Assembly (NCBI GenBank): GCA_964401855.1 | Contig: CAYOAF010000054.1 | Location: forward strand, 1 to 38,232 | DNA: 38,232 nt | Source of the DNA: an uncultured Dehalococcoidia bacterium | GTDB taxonomy: Bacteria > Chloroflexota > Dehalococcoidia > Lucifugimonadales > UBA3495 | Reading direction: 5' to 3' | In this document: positions 1 to 9,242 of the stretch, in pieces | Layout: each line of letters starts with the position of its first letter | Position numbering within the stretch: position 1 is the first letter of the stretch | Notes under the pieces: generated by a model | What the model was told of the DNA's origin: nothing | Seen by the model: only the letters and a program-made list of their open reading frames with translations | Database searches by the model: none | Position numbers and translations under genes: made by a program

Positions 1-189
1 ACAGCGCAGAAGGGAGGTGAAGGCTCAAACCATCAATAGGCGAAGACTTCATAACCGGACCCTCAGGGAGTTCACCCAAGCTCTTCCACACCCCTGATCT
101 CTCGGGTCCCAAACTGTCCCATTTGTGCTGGTTGCCAACAACCCAGCGAAGCTCGGCTACTTATTAAGAAATCAGGCGAACAGCACGTC

Positions 190-795
190 GTGCGGGAGTC
201 TCCGAGCACTCTCATTGTCATGTCTGAGATGACAGGTATCGCCTTGCCAGAGTTGGTAATTTACTGCGAAGATGTTTTTGCTCGAATAGTTGTTCAAGAA
301 GCGGTGCCAGACGAGCTTAGGGGTCGACTGAAAATACTGGATGTCGGAGACAAAAACAAGGTTATACAACAAGGCGTTTGCCACGTTCGCGGCGAATACG
401 CGAGTAAGGTTTTGTGCGTCCTCGATGGAGATTGTACAGATCAATGGATTCGAAGAAGGATAGATTCTGAGAGAGGTCATCGGACCGATATTGAACTCGA
501 ATGTCTGACCCTCCCGGGAAGTGGGTTGAACCCAGAAAAGTGGGTTCTAGACCAGTTAGTCTACCCTGACTACACGGACGCTTTGGCCTCTGAAATTGGT
601 TGTACCTCGACGGTGGCTCAAGCCCACGTGCAGGCACTAAGAGTGTTGCATGATTCCCATAACATCGGATTCGCATTGCACGAGCGTACGGGCCTCGATA
701 AGACAGATTGCCTTCACCGTGTCGCGCGGGCCGTGGTACCTAGACATCCTCAATTAGACGACCTAAGAGAATGTATTTCGAGTCTACTGGATTGA
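190..795 (+). CDS. Toprim-like (DUF4435/OLD-type) domain protein, possibly the 3' remnant of a larger ATPase-nuclease gene
   Basis: 201-aa ORF with a GTG start. 'ELVIYCEDVFA' (hydrophobic strand ending in acidic residues) is followed about 50 aa later by 'VLCVLDGDC' (DxD), which fits the Toprim E...DxD layout. The segment is visibly lower in GC than the rest of the window. All three frames upstream (1-189) are broken by stops. Confidence 0.3.
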   Translation: MRESPSTLIVMSEMTGIALPELVIYCEDVFARIVVQEAVPDELRGRLKILDVGDKNKVIQQGVCHVRGEYASKVLCVLDGDCTDQWIRRRIDSERGHRTDIELECLTLPGSGLNPEKWVLDQLVYPDYTDALASEIGCTSTVAQAHVQALRVLHDSHNIGFALHERTGLDKTDCLHRVARAVVPRHPQLDDLRECISSLLD

Positions 796-905
796 ACACC
801 TGCTCAACTGTTATCCTGGCCCGGCCACCGTTTCATTGGGCGTGGCCAGCGGCAATCGCCTCGGTCCCCGGCAACGCTGCAGCCAGCTTGACGGGTTGTT
901 GGAGC

Positions 906-2123
906 TCATTCGGGAACACCCGGCTGTTTTTTGTACACCACTTTGTCCCGGTGTAGCTGCTCTACATCCTCTTGCGAGTAGTTGAGGACGCCGGTGAGGA
1001 GTTCTTCCGTGTGCTGACCCGGAGCGGATAGCGGCCCCTGAGGCGGATTGCTATCGCTGAGCTTTATGGCCATCCCGGGGACGTGGACCTTGCCGCCGTC
1101 GTAGGGGTGTTCAGCTTCCCACAGCAAACCCCGCTCCCAGAGTTGGGCCTCCTGAGAAGCCCGGGGGATGTCGTTGACCGGCTGGCAGGCTATTTCCGCC
1201 TTACTGAGAATCTCGGCCGCCTCGCCCACCGTGTACTGGCTGACCCACTCACCGATCTCCCGCTCCAGCATCTCGACGTTCTTGAGCCGGCCGTCCGGGT
1301 TTTGCAACTCTGGGTTTTCCTGCCATTCCGTTTTGTTCAGAAGGCGGCACAGCCGTTCCCAGACATTCTTGTTGGCTGCCAGAATCAGGATATAGCCGTC
1401 CTTGGCGAGGAAGGTGTTTGCCGGGGCGCCCCGAGCCCGGTTGCCACGGCGCTCGGGCACGGTGCCGTCCGATAGGTAACCGATGAGGGTGTCTTCCATC
1501 CAGCTATAGCCCGAGTCCGCCAAACAAACGTCCACGGTCTGCCCCTCGCCGGTAAGCTCCCTCGCGTTCAGGGCGGCGAGCACTCCGATGACGCCGTGCA
1601 GCGCGGTAGTGCGGTCCACCAGGGAGAAGAAGCTGCGCACCGGGGGTGTCTCCGGGTAACCGGTGAGAGACATGTGGCCGCTCATGGCCTGACCGACAAC
1701 GTCCAGGCCGACCCGTTCGTGGAAGGGGCCGTATTGGCCATAGGCCGAGATGTTGCACATGATGATGCGGGGGTTGATGGAGTTCAGCACATCCCAGGAG
1801 AACCCCATCTTGGCGATGGTGCCGGGGCGGAAGTTCTGAATGAAGACGTCGGAGACCTTTATCAGCTCCCGGAGAATCTCCTTGGCCTTATCGGTCCGCA
1901 GGTCCATGCTCAGACTCTTCTTCCCGGCGTTCATGGATATCCAGTGGGTGCTCAGACCCCGTACCCTCGGGAGGGCGGTGCGGGTCTCATTGTTGCCCCG
2001 GGGCTCTATCTTGATCACCTCGGCGCCCAATCTAGCCATGATATGGGCGGCTCGCGGGGCGGCCTGGTGTCTGCCCAGGTCCAGCACCCTTATTCCTTCA
2101 AGGGCTGATTTGATTTCCGCCAT
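906..2123 (-). CDS. Family III CoA-transferase (CaiB/BaiF/Frc-like)
   Basis: 405 aa. N-terminal 'LEGIRVLDLGRHQAAPRAAHIMARLGAEVIKIEP' is the typical family III Rossmann start. A conserved 'DRTTALHG' Asp region is present, and length is typical. Confidence 0.9.
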   Translation of the reverse strand: MAEIKSALEGIRVLDLGRHQAAPRAAHIMARLGAEVIKIEPRGNNETRTALPRVRGLSTHWISMNAGKKSLSMDLRTDKAKEILRELIKVSDVFIQNFRPGTIAKMGFSWDVLNSINPRIIMCNISAYGQYGPFHERVGLDVVGQAMSGHMSLTGYPETPPVRSFFSLVDRTTALHGVIGVLAALNARELTGEGQTVDVCLADSGYSWMEDTLIGYLSDGTVPERRGNRARGAPANTFLAKDGYILILAANKNVWERLCRLLNKTEWQENPELQNPDGRLKNVEMLEREIGEWVSQYTVGEAAEILSKAEIACQPVNDIPRASQEAQLWERGLLWEAEHPYDGGKVHVPGMAIKLSDSNPPQGPLSAPGQHTEELLTGVLNYSQEDVEQLHRDKVVYKKQPGVPE

Positions 2124-2171
2124 GAAGATACCTCCTCGTGGAAAACGGCCGGTGGGTATGCCCGGCCGCTG

Positions 2172-3362
2172 TTAGATGACTCCGTCCTTTTTCATCTGGT
2201 CCAGGTCGTCTCTGGTGTAATTTAAAAGACCCGAGAGGATCTCCTCGTTGTGCTGGCCGGGCGCGGATACAGGGCCGATGACCGCCTCGCTCTTACCCAG
2301 CTTGATGGCCATACCCGGAGCGAGCACCTTGCCTCCGTCGTAGGGGTGCTCCACCTCCACCAGCAGCTCCCGCCCCCACAGTTGGGGGTTCTGGGCCGCC
2401 GTTGGAATATCGTTGACGGCGGCGCAGGTGATCTCCGCCTGGTTCATCATCTGCTCCACCTCCTGAGAGGTGCGCTGGCTGGTCCACTTTTCTATCTCCG
2501 CATCCAGCATATCGATGTTCCGCATCCTGCCGTCACCCTCCTGTAGCTCCGGGTCCGCCAGCCATTCGGGCTTGTTCAGGAGGTTGCAGAGGCGCTCCCA
2601 CTGGTTCTTTTGAGACGCGATAACGTAGACCCAGCCGTTGTTGGTCTTGTAGCTGTTCATCGGGGCGCCCCTTCCCCGGTTGCCGCGGCGCTGGGGCGCG
2701 ATGCCCTCCGCCAGGTAGGCGATGAGGGTGTCCTCCATCCAGGTGTAGCCGGAGTCGGCCAGGCATACGTCTATCGTTTGACCCCTTCCCGTAACCTCCC
2801 GCTGCCGCAGGGCCGCCAGCACGCCGATGGTGCCGTGAAGGGCGGTGGTCCGGTCGGCCAGAGAGAAAAAGGTGCGCACCGGCGGCATCTCCGGGTAGCC
2901 GGTCACCGACATGTGGCCGCTCATCGCCTGACCTACCGTGTCCCAGCCGATAAGGTCCTTATTGGGCCCATCCTGCCCGTAGGCGGAGCAGTTGAGCATG
3001 ATGATGCGCGGATTTAGGGCCTTGAGCACGTCGTAGCCGAATCCGATGTGCTTTATCATCCCCACCCGGAAGTTCTGGATGAACACGTCCGAGACCTTCA
3101 CCAGCTCCCGGACTATCTCCTTGCCTTCCTCGGACCGCAGGTCAAGGCCCAGGCTCTTCTTCCCGGCGTTCATGCAGATCCAATGGGTGCTCAGATCGCG
3201 CACCCTGGGTACCCAGGTGCGGGTCTCGTTGTTTCCCGGCGGTTCTATCTTGATGACCTCAGCACCCAGGCGTGCCAGGATATGGCCCGCTCTTGGGGCC
3301 GCCTGGTGCCGCCCCAGGTCCAATACCCTCAAACCTTGAAGGGCCGGTGTAGGCTTTTCCAT
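2172..3362 (-). CDS. Family III CoA-transferase, tandem paralogue of the preceding gene
   Basis: Roughly 65-70% aa identity by eye to 906-2123 ('LQGLRVLDLGRHQAAPRAGHILARLGAEVIKIEP'). I place the start at the ATG at 3362 (MEKPTPAL), which is preceded by GGAGG at 3368-3372. The ORF-track start at 3458 is an unsupported N-terminal extension. Confidence 0.9.
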   Translation of the reverse strand: MEKPTPALQGLRVLDLGRHQAAPRAGHILARLGAEVIKIEPPGNNETRTWVPRVRDLSTHWICMNAGKKSLGLDLRSEEGKEIVRELVKVSDVFIQNFRVGMIKHIGFGYDVLKALNPRIIMLNCSAYGQDGPNKDLIGWDTVGQAMSGHMSVTGYPEMPPVRTFFSLADRTTALHGTIGVLAALRQREVTGRGQTIDVCLADSGYTWMEDTLIAYLAEGIAPQRRGNRGRGAPMNSYKTNNGWVYVIASQKNQWERLCNLLNKPEWLADPELQEGDGRMRNIDMLDAEIEKWTSQRTSQEVEQMMNQAEITCAAVNDIPTAAQNPQLWGRELLVEVEHPYDGGKVLAPGMAIKLGKSEAVIGPVSAPGQHNEEILSGLLNYTRDDLDQMKKDGVI

Positions 3363-3515
3363 CTGGACCTCCGGTGTCAGTTGTGCCTGCTCCCTGCCGT
3401 CAGCTCCCGCGCAGTGGTCCAAGCCTGACAATCTGCCCGGGCCAAAGCCGGGAGACAAGTCACTCTAGCATGGCGCGGAGGCTTTTGTCCGGAATGCACT
3501 CAGGGAAGCAGGTGC

Positions 3516-4889
3516 TTAGTCCAGGGACCGGATATCCTTGAAACGAATCATGCAAAAGGTGGCCAGGGACAGGGCGCCCACGCCCACGGGGGTCAGGGCG
3601 AAATTGATATCGACGTGATCGGCCATCCAGCCAATAAAGACCGCGGCCAAGGGTATCAGCCCCGACTCGTAGTGCCAGACGCTGGAGACCCGGCCGCGCA
3701 AATGGTCCGGCACCACGAGCTGGATCAACGTCTGGTTGCTGACGATGAAGTGCGTCTGGGCCAGCCCCATGAGCGCCATCAGGGGCAGGGCGAGCCATAT
3801 CCAGTGGGACAAACCCAGCGCAAGGATAATCATGGAGCCTGCCATCAGAGCTATCAGCCCCACTCTCCCTTTCTTGGTGAAAAACCCCCATGTCGCCATG
3901 ATGATCGTGGCGACCAGCCCGCCGGCGCCCATGACGGTAATCATCGCGGTGCCGGTGCCTATGCCCGCATCGAGGGCTTGCTCCGTGTACACCGGCAGCA
4001 ACAGCACCAGGGGCATGAACACGGCGGTGCGGATGAAGTTCAGCAAGGTAAGACGCAGCATGACCTGGTTCTTTATGATGTAGCCCACGCCCTCCGCCAG
4101 GTTGGACAGTACCGAAGCCCCCCGGGCGGTGCTGGCTTCCCGGTAGGGGGTCCTCATGGGCAGCAGCAAGAGCACCATGAGCAGGTAGAGGCTCGCCTCG
4201 AAAAAGAAATTCCACTTGAACCCCACCGTCGCTATGAGCAAGCCTCCGATGAGGGGGCCGACCAGACGCATGGAGGTAACGGTCATGGCGTTGAGGGCCA
4301 AAGCATTGGCCATGTCGGACCTAGGGACGGTGTTGGCAATCAAGGCCTGGCGCACCGGCTGCTTGACGGCGAACCCGGTGCCGGCGAAGCTCATGTAAAC
4401 GTAGGCGTGCCAGACCTCCACCTGCCCGCTGGCAACCAGCATGGCAAACAGGATGGCCACCACCGCCAGCCCGCATTGGGTCACGATGGTGATCCCGCGG
4501 CGGTCCCACCGGTCGGCCAGCACCCCGGCCCAGGGTCCGATGACCAGGATGGGCAAGGACCGGAGCCCGGCCACGGCAACCGAGTGCATGGCCGACCCGC
4601 CGCTGACGTCAAACACCAGCCATCCGATGGTGAAGATCTGAAGCCACTGGGCGGCGTTGGCGAACAGGTTGCCGGTCCAGAGAAAGCGGTAGTCCCGGTT
4701 GTTCCGGAGAGAGGAGAAGGTACTCAAGCCGCCGCGCCGCACCCCGGGTTGAACGCCGGTAGCTGTCCGGCTGCCGCCCCGCTCGGTTGCCGAGGCCGAC
4801 CTTTCATCGTTTCGGTTAGCGGCCAAATGCCCTGCTGGATGTGTTTCGCTGTGGCGCGCGTCTCGCGGGACGTGAATTGCCATTTCCAC
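3516..4889 (-). CDS. MFS transporter (MFS_3 / EntS-like)
   Basis: Contains 'LRNNRDYRFLWTGNLFANAAQWLQ...LADRWDRR' and about 12 hydrophobic segments. The start is uncertain: the ATG at 4889 would overlap the helicase 3' end by 74 nt. An in-frame GTG at 4742 (VRRGGLSTFSSLRNN...) would avoid the overlap. Confidence 0.8.
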   Translation of the reverse strand: MEMAIHVPRDARHSETHPAGHLAANRNDERSASATERGGSRTATGVQPGVRRGGLSTFSSLRNNRDYRFLWTGNLFANAAQWLQIFTIGWLVFDVSGGSAMHSVAVAGLRSLPILVIGPWAGVLADRWDRRGITIVTQCGLAVVAILFAMLVASGQVEVWHAYVYMSFAGTGFAVKQPVRQALIANTVPRSDMANALALNAMTVTSMRLVGPLIGGLLIATVGFKWNFFFEASLYLLMVLLLLPMRTPYREASTARGASVLSNLAEGVGYIIKNQVMLRLTLLNFIRTAVFMPLVLLLPVYTEQALDAGIGTGTAMITVMGAGGLVATIIMATWGFFTKKGRVGLIALMAGSMIILALGLSHWIWLALPLMALMGLAQTHFIVSNQTLIQLVVPDHLRGRVSSVWHYESGLIPLAAVFIGWMADHVDINFALTPVGVGALSLATFCMIRFKDIRSLD

Positions 4890-6195
4890 GGTACACGTCC
4901 CGGCCGGTTCTCACCCCGCGGCCATCCGTGCTCCCGGGGGGTCTGCTGCGGTTACCGGCTCTGCTGCCGTTGCGAGGGCCGCTGCCGTTGCCGGGCCTGC
5001 TGCCGCTGCGGGGGCCGCCGCCGTTGCCGGGCCTGATCCGTTCTTCGGGGAGTTGTTTCTCCGGAGCGAAATCTCCGTAGTCGAAGCCGGGCAGTCGCCG
5101 CCGCTCGATCCTCGCACCCAGCTCCTTCTCCACCTCACGGACCATGGCGCCATCCTCGGCCCCGACCAGGGTGAATGCCTCGCCGGTCTGTTCGGCCCTG
5201 CCGGTGCGGCCGATGCGGTGAGTGTAGGTGTCGGAGGTGTTGGGAAAGTCAAAGTTGATTACGTGGGAGATCTCGGGGACATCGATGCCGTGGGCGGCGA
5301 TGTCGGTGGCCACCAGGATGTCGAACTTGCCGTCGCGGAAGCCGTTCATGGCCCGTTGGCGGGCGTTTTGGGACATGTTCCCCTGAAGCGCCGTCACCCG
5401 GTACGAATTCTTGGCCAGGTCCAAAGCCAGGCTCCGGGCCCGGTGTTTGGTGCGGGTGAATACCAGGGCCCGGCCCGTGGGAGTCTGCTGCAACAGGGCC
5501 AGCAGCAGACTCTTTTTGAGTCGATCCGGAACCGGGTATAGGGCGTGGGAAACGGTCTTGGCCGGGGCAATGGCCCCGATCTGGACCAACACCGGGTCCT
5601 GCAGGATCTTAACCGCCAGACCGCGGATCTCCGGGGGCATGGTGGCCGAGAAGAAAAGGGTCTGCCGCTTGACCGGGAGCCGCCCCAGGATGCGTTGTAC
5701 GTCGGGCAAGAACCCCATGTCGCACATGGTGTCGGCCTCGTCCAAGATCAACACCTCGACCCCCGACAGGTCGATGTCTCCTTGGGTTAGGTGGTCTAGC
5801 AGCCGTCCGGGACAGGCGACCACCACCTGGGCCCCGCTCCTCAGTCCGGCCAATTGCGGGCCTTTGCCGACACCGCCGTAGATTGTGATGCTCTTGACCC
5901 GGAGGTGTCGCCCCAGTTCGACGAAGGTCTGATGGATCTGCTCGGCCAGCTCCCGGGTCGGTGCGATGACCAGGGCTTGAACGCCTCGTTTGCGAGGGCT
6001 GTTGGCCAGACGATGGAGAATGGGGAGAGCGAAGGCAGCGGTCTTGCCGGTGCCGGTTTGAGCCAGTCCCAGGACGTCCTGGCCGTCCATGGCTACCGGG
6101 ATGGCCTGTTCCTGGATGGGGGTGGGGTTGGTGTAGCCTACGGTCTTGACTCCGGCCAAGACCTGGGAATGAAGGGAAAACTGTTCGAAATTCAC
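4816..6195 (-). CDS. DEAD-box ATP-dependent RNA helicase (RhlE-like) with an Arg/Gly/Asn-rich C-terminal tail
   Basis: Q-motif 'TPIQEQAIP', Walker A 'AQTGTGKT', 'DEAD', 'SAT' and 'HRIGRTGRA' are all present. GTG start at 6195 with AAGGAG upstream. Confidence 0.92.
   Translation of the reverse strand: MNFEQFSLHSQVLAGVKTVGYTNPTPIQEQAIPVAMDGQDVLGLAQTGTGKTAAFALPILHRLANSPRKRGVQALVIAPTRELAEQIHQTFVELGRHLRVKSITIYGGVGKGPQLAGLRSGAQVVVACPGRLLDHLTQGDIDLSGVEVLILDEADTMCDMGFLPDVQRILGRLPVKRQTLFFSATMPPEIRGLAVKILQDPVLVQIGAIAPAKTVSHALYPVPDRLKKSLLLALLQQTPTGRALVFTRTKHRARSLALDLAKNSYRVTALQGNMSQNARQRAMNGFRDGKFDILVATDIAAHGIDVPEISHVINFDFPNTSDTYTHRIGRTGRAEQTGEAFTLVGAEDGAMVREVEKELGARIERRRLPGFDYGDFAPEKQLPEERIRPGNGGGPRSGSRPGNGSGPRNGSRAGNRSRPPGSTDGRGVRTGRDVYRGNGNSRPARRAPQRNTSSRAFGR
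4964..5035. repeat. Four imperfect 18-nt tandem repeats encoding the helicase RG/NG-rich tail
   Basis: Plus-strand units are ctgccgttgcgagggccg / ctgccgttgccgggcctg / ctgccgctgcgggggccg / ccgccgttgccgggcctg. They encode the tail segment 'RPGNGGGPRSGSRPGNGSGPRNGS'. Confidence 0.6.
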
Positions 6196-6397
6196 TGAGA
6201 GAGCCTACTCCTTGACTGCTGTCCCGAGCCAAGTCGCACTCTCAGCCTCGTGGTCACGGTCAATCTAAATTCGCGGCGCTGCCTTCCGGCATTCGCCTAC
6301 TCTAGTATACCATGCCCGGTGAATTTGCGGATTGGGCCCAGAAATTGAGAATTGCCCCAACCCGGCACCTCCCATTGGGCCGAGGGCCAGCCCAGCG

Positions 6398-7264
6398 CTA
6401 CAGGTCCAACGCCATGAGTTCCTCACCGAAAACCAGCTCCCCGTCGTAAACCCTTTTTACGTCGGCGATGCCCTTTTCCATGCTGCCGTGTTGGCAAAGG
6501 GCTGGGCCCGTGTGAACCAGCACCAGGCGCTTGACCCCGGCCTCCTGAGCCATCGCCGCGGCTCCGCGGGTGCCGCACATGCTGTCCTCACCCTCTCCGT
6601 CGGCGTCCATGACGTCCGAGTCGCCCCAGCACATGCACAGCATCACGTCGGCCCCCCGGGCCAGGTTCGTCACCGACTCGCAAGGACGGGTATCACCGGT
6701 GAAGACGATGCTGCCCTCTGAAGAGTCCAAACGGTAGGCCAAGCAGTCAAGCCACGGCTGAGCGTGCTCGGCGACCGACGCCGTGACCTTCCATTCCTTG
6801 CCGGAGTGCACCAGCCCCGGTCCTATGTCGCGGACCGCAACCGACGGGGGTTTGCGCGGCAGGGTGCCTCCTCGGTTGACGAAGACCCGCTGGCTGCCGG
6901 CGTTGTTGATCCGGGCCTTCCAGTCGTGGGCGAAGGCGCCGACCTCCTCCCCGAGGATCCTTTCAGTGATGGTCTCGGTCAAGGTGGGGCCAAACACCTG
7001 TAGCTGATTCTCTTTGCCTACGCTCTGATCCCACCGGCACAACAGGAAGCAGGGGTAGTCTACGTCGTGGTCAAAGTGGTGGTGGCTGAAAAACAGGTAG
7101 TCTATCTGGGTGGGCCAGAGGCCCGCCTTCACCAGCTTGTGGGTGGCCGCCGGCCCGCAATCGAACATCAGGTATTCGCCGGCAACCTCGATGACATGGG
7201 AGGAACCGAACCTGTCGGGTGTCGGCGTGGGTGTTCCCGTGCCCAGTAGATGAACCTTGGCCAT
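6398..7264 (-). CDS. MBL-fold metallo-hydrolase
   Basis: 'FFSHHHFDHDVDY' (HxHxDH motif), N-terminal 'VHLLGTGTPTP' and length 288 aa. Confidence 0.8.
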   Translation of the reverse strand: MAKVHLLGTGTPTPTPDRFGSSHVIEVAGEYLMFDCGPAATHKLVKAGLWPTQIDYLFFSHHHFDHDVDYPCFLLCRWDQSVGKENQLQVFGPTLTETITERILGEEVGAFAHDWKARINNAGSQRVFVNRGGTLPRKPPSVAVRDIGPGLVHSGKEWKVTASVAEHAQPWLDCLAYRLDSSEGSIVFTGDTRPCESVTNLARGADVMLCMCWGDSDVMDADGEGEDSMCGTRGAAAMAQEAGVKRLVLVHTGPALCQHGSMEKGIADVKRVYDGELVFGEELMALDL

Positions 7265-7387
7265 TCCTGCACCTCCACGATAAGCTCAACCGAGTCTACC
7301 AGGAAACATTACATCCGCTCAAGGCCACGCCATCACAGCTGGATGAACCCACTATTCTTCCGTCCAAGTGCCCGCCGGAGAGTGTTT

Positions 7388-8383
7388 TCAGGTTAGCTGC
7401 ACCACCGTGCCCTGGGCGGCGGACCGGTAGGCGGCATCCACGACGCGAAGGGCGGCCAGGTCGTCCTCGATTCCGGCGACGGGAGGCCTCCCCTTCCGGA
7501 GGGCGTCGATGGTATCGGCCACGAAAGCCGGGTAGAAGGAGGTGTTGTCCTGGGGGGCTTCCAGGTAGCTGTGATTACCTTGCTGGTCACACCAGAGCAT
7601 GCTGTCCCGGCCCAGGGAGCGGAACTGGTACCGCTTGCTGTGCAGCGCGAACTCGACGCTGGGAGCCCTGGGGGTCTGGGCGTGGACGTAGGCGCTCTCA
7701 ATGAAGCACAGCGCCCCGTCCTCTGTCTCCATCCTCAGGTGGGCGTAGTCTTCCACCTCCTCGCCGTAGACGCTGTTCCCGGTGACCGCGTGCACGCTCT
7801 TCGGCTTCTTCCCCGTCAGGTGGAGATACAGGTCGGGGAAGTGGATGCCGATGTTGATCAGGCAGCCCCCGCCGGCCTCGGCTTTCTTCAGAATCCAGGG
7901 GTTGCCGTTCCGGTAGTAGCGGCTAACGGGGCCCGAAAAGAACCGGAAGGTGGCTTGGGAGAAGTCCGCGGCAGACCCCTCCAACTCTTTTATCTTGCGC
8001 ACCCAGGGGGCCATCCGTATCGAGAAGGGCACGGCCACGAAGGCGCTCTTCCGTTTCGCCAGGGCGGCCAGCTCCTCCACCTCCCAGAGGTTCAGACCCA
8101 TGGGCTTTTCCATCGCGAAGGGCACCCCCTCCTCCAGCAGGAACCGGGCGGTCTCCGCCATGTCGCAGTGCCGCCCCAGTGAAAACACGAAGTCGGGACG
8201 CTCCTTTAGCACCATCTCCCGCCAATCGGCGTAAAAGCGCGAGCCCAGACCGGCGGCCACTTCCCGGCCGGTTTCGGGGTTTCTGGCACTGATCGCCGCC
8301 ACGCCCACCAGTTGCTGCAGGGCTGGGTAATAGTGGGGGGCGTGCCAATGAGTCACGTCGATGAAACACGCCTTCAACGCCAT
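7388..8383 (-). CDS. Gfo/Idh/MocA-family oxidoreductase
   Basis: 'AMEKPMG' (EKP motif) and the overall N-terminal Rossmann / C-terminal alpha-beta layout. I place the start at the ATG at 8383 (MALKACFIDV), preceded by GGAGG. The upstream extension to 8527 runs through a hairpin repeat. Confidence 0.75.
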   Translation of the reverse strand: MALKACFIDVTHWHAPHYYPALQQLVGVAAISARNPETGREVAAGLGSRFYADWREMVLKERPDFVFSLGRHCDMAETARFLLEEGVPFAMEKPMGLNLWEVEELAALAKRKSAFVAVPFSIRMAPWVRKIKELEGSAADFSQATFRFFSGPVSRYYRNGNPWILKKAEAGGGCLINIGIHFPDLYLHLTGKKPKSVHAVTGNSVYGEEVEDYAHLRMETEDGALCFIESAYVHAQTPRAPSVEFALHSKRYQFRSLGRDSMLWCDQQGNHSYLEAPQDNTSFYPAFVADTIDALRKGRPPVAGIEDDLAALRVVDAAYRSAAQGTVVQLT

Positions 8384-8416
8384 AGCTCCTCCCGCTGATT
8401 CTTCCCTGAGGTATCG

Positions 8417-8476
8417 GCCCTCACCACCGGCCTCTCTCCCATTGGGAGAAGGGTGGCCGCAGGCCGGGGTGAGGGC
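8417..8476. repeat. Nested imperfect hairpin (REP-like element)
   Basis: Outer arms are gccctcaccaccggcc (8417-8432) and ggccggggtgagggc (8462-8476). The inner stem is tctccca-t-tgggaga (8435-8449). It lies in the 5' spacer of the oxidoreductase gene. Confidence 0.6.
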
Positions 8477-8664
8477 TTCCCATACCCGCCCATTTTCATC
8501 CGCCGGGGCGTCGCTGGCAACCGGCACGAAAGATTCCGAGCCCGGGCGCCGGGCTTTGTAACGCCACGCCGGTTAATGGGCCACGGCCTCACCCGCCTGT
8601 GGGGCGGATTCTGCCGATGCCCGGCGGTCCTCCGTTGAGGGTAGGGTTAGCCGGGAGGGGCCGC

Positions 8665-9009
8665 CTATTTAGGCCCGGACTTGTCCTCGAAGGCGCCCGT
8701 ATCCGGAAACACCTGGCGGTAGACCAGCCGCTGGCTCTTGGGGTGTTCGAAGGGCATGGGTATGGAGTTGGCTCGCAGCTCCAGATAGGTCTCGCCGTGC
8801 AGGACCCCCTCGTCCTCCAGCTCGTAGATGGCAAGATACTTGGCGCCTTCCCCTTCGCACAATTCGTACCGCCGGGCGCTGTGAATACCGGGCACCGATA
8901 CTCGCTCAGGAACGTGGGCCTCGTTGTACCACCGGTTGAACTCCCCCTCTATCTCCGCGCCGGGCTCCATGAACACCACCAGAAGGGCCCTGCCGATTTT
9001 CCCTTTCAT
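8665..9009 (-). CDS. Small dimeric alpha/beta-barrel protein (EthD/DUF4286-like)
   Basis: About 114 aa: 'ALLVVFMEPGAEIEGEFNRWYNEAHVPERVSVPGIHSARRYEL...YLAIYELE'. The ATG at 9009 has GGAGG 7 nt upstream. The family assignment rests on pattern only. Confidence 0.45.
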   Translation of the reverse strand: MKGKIGRALLVVFMEPGAEIEGEFNRWYNEAHVPERVSVPGIHSARRYELCEGEGAKYLAIYELEDEGVLHGETYLELRANSIPMPFEHPKSQRLVYRQVFPDTGAFEDKSGPK

Positions 9010-9242
9010 GGTCACACCTCCGAATTATTGTCCAAGACCATAATAACGGCGAAACGCGGCGAACCCAAGAGCAGCCGGCATAGACGCAGACAGCCTTCCC
9101 CATGGTTTCGGCGGGGCAAGGATGAAATCCCAACGGGGTCTGGGCCTGGGAACATCGCCCCCGGCGCTCTCGGAGTGACCCATAGGACCAGCCCTGCTTT
9201 CCGAGGATGGATCAGAGAGCAGGCTACCTTCCTGACACCGGC

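Noticed and set aside
3615-5036. 473-aa ORF on the plus strand
   Set aside because: It lies antisense to the MFS transporter and the helicase tail. It is rich in Gly/His/Arg/Pro/Gln low-complexity sequence with no recognisable motif, which is typical of a shadow ORF in high-GC coding DNA.
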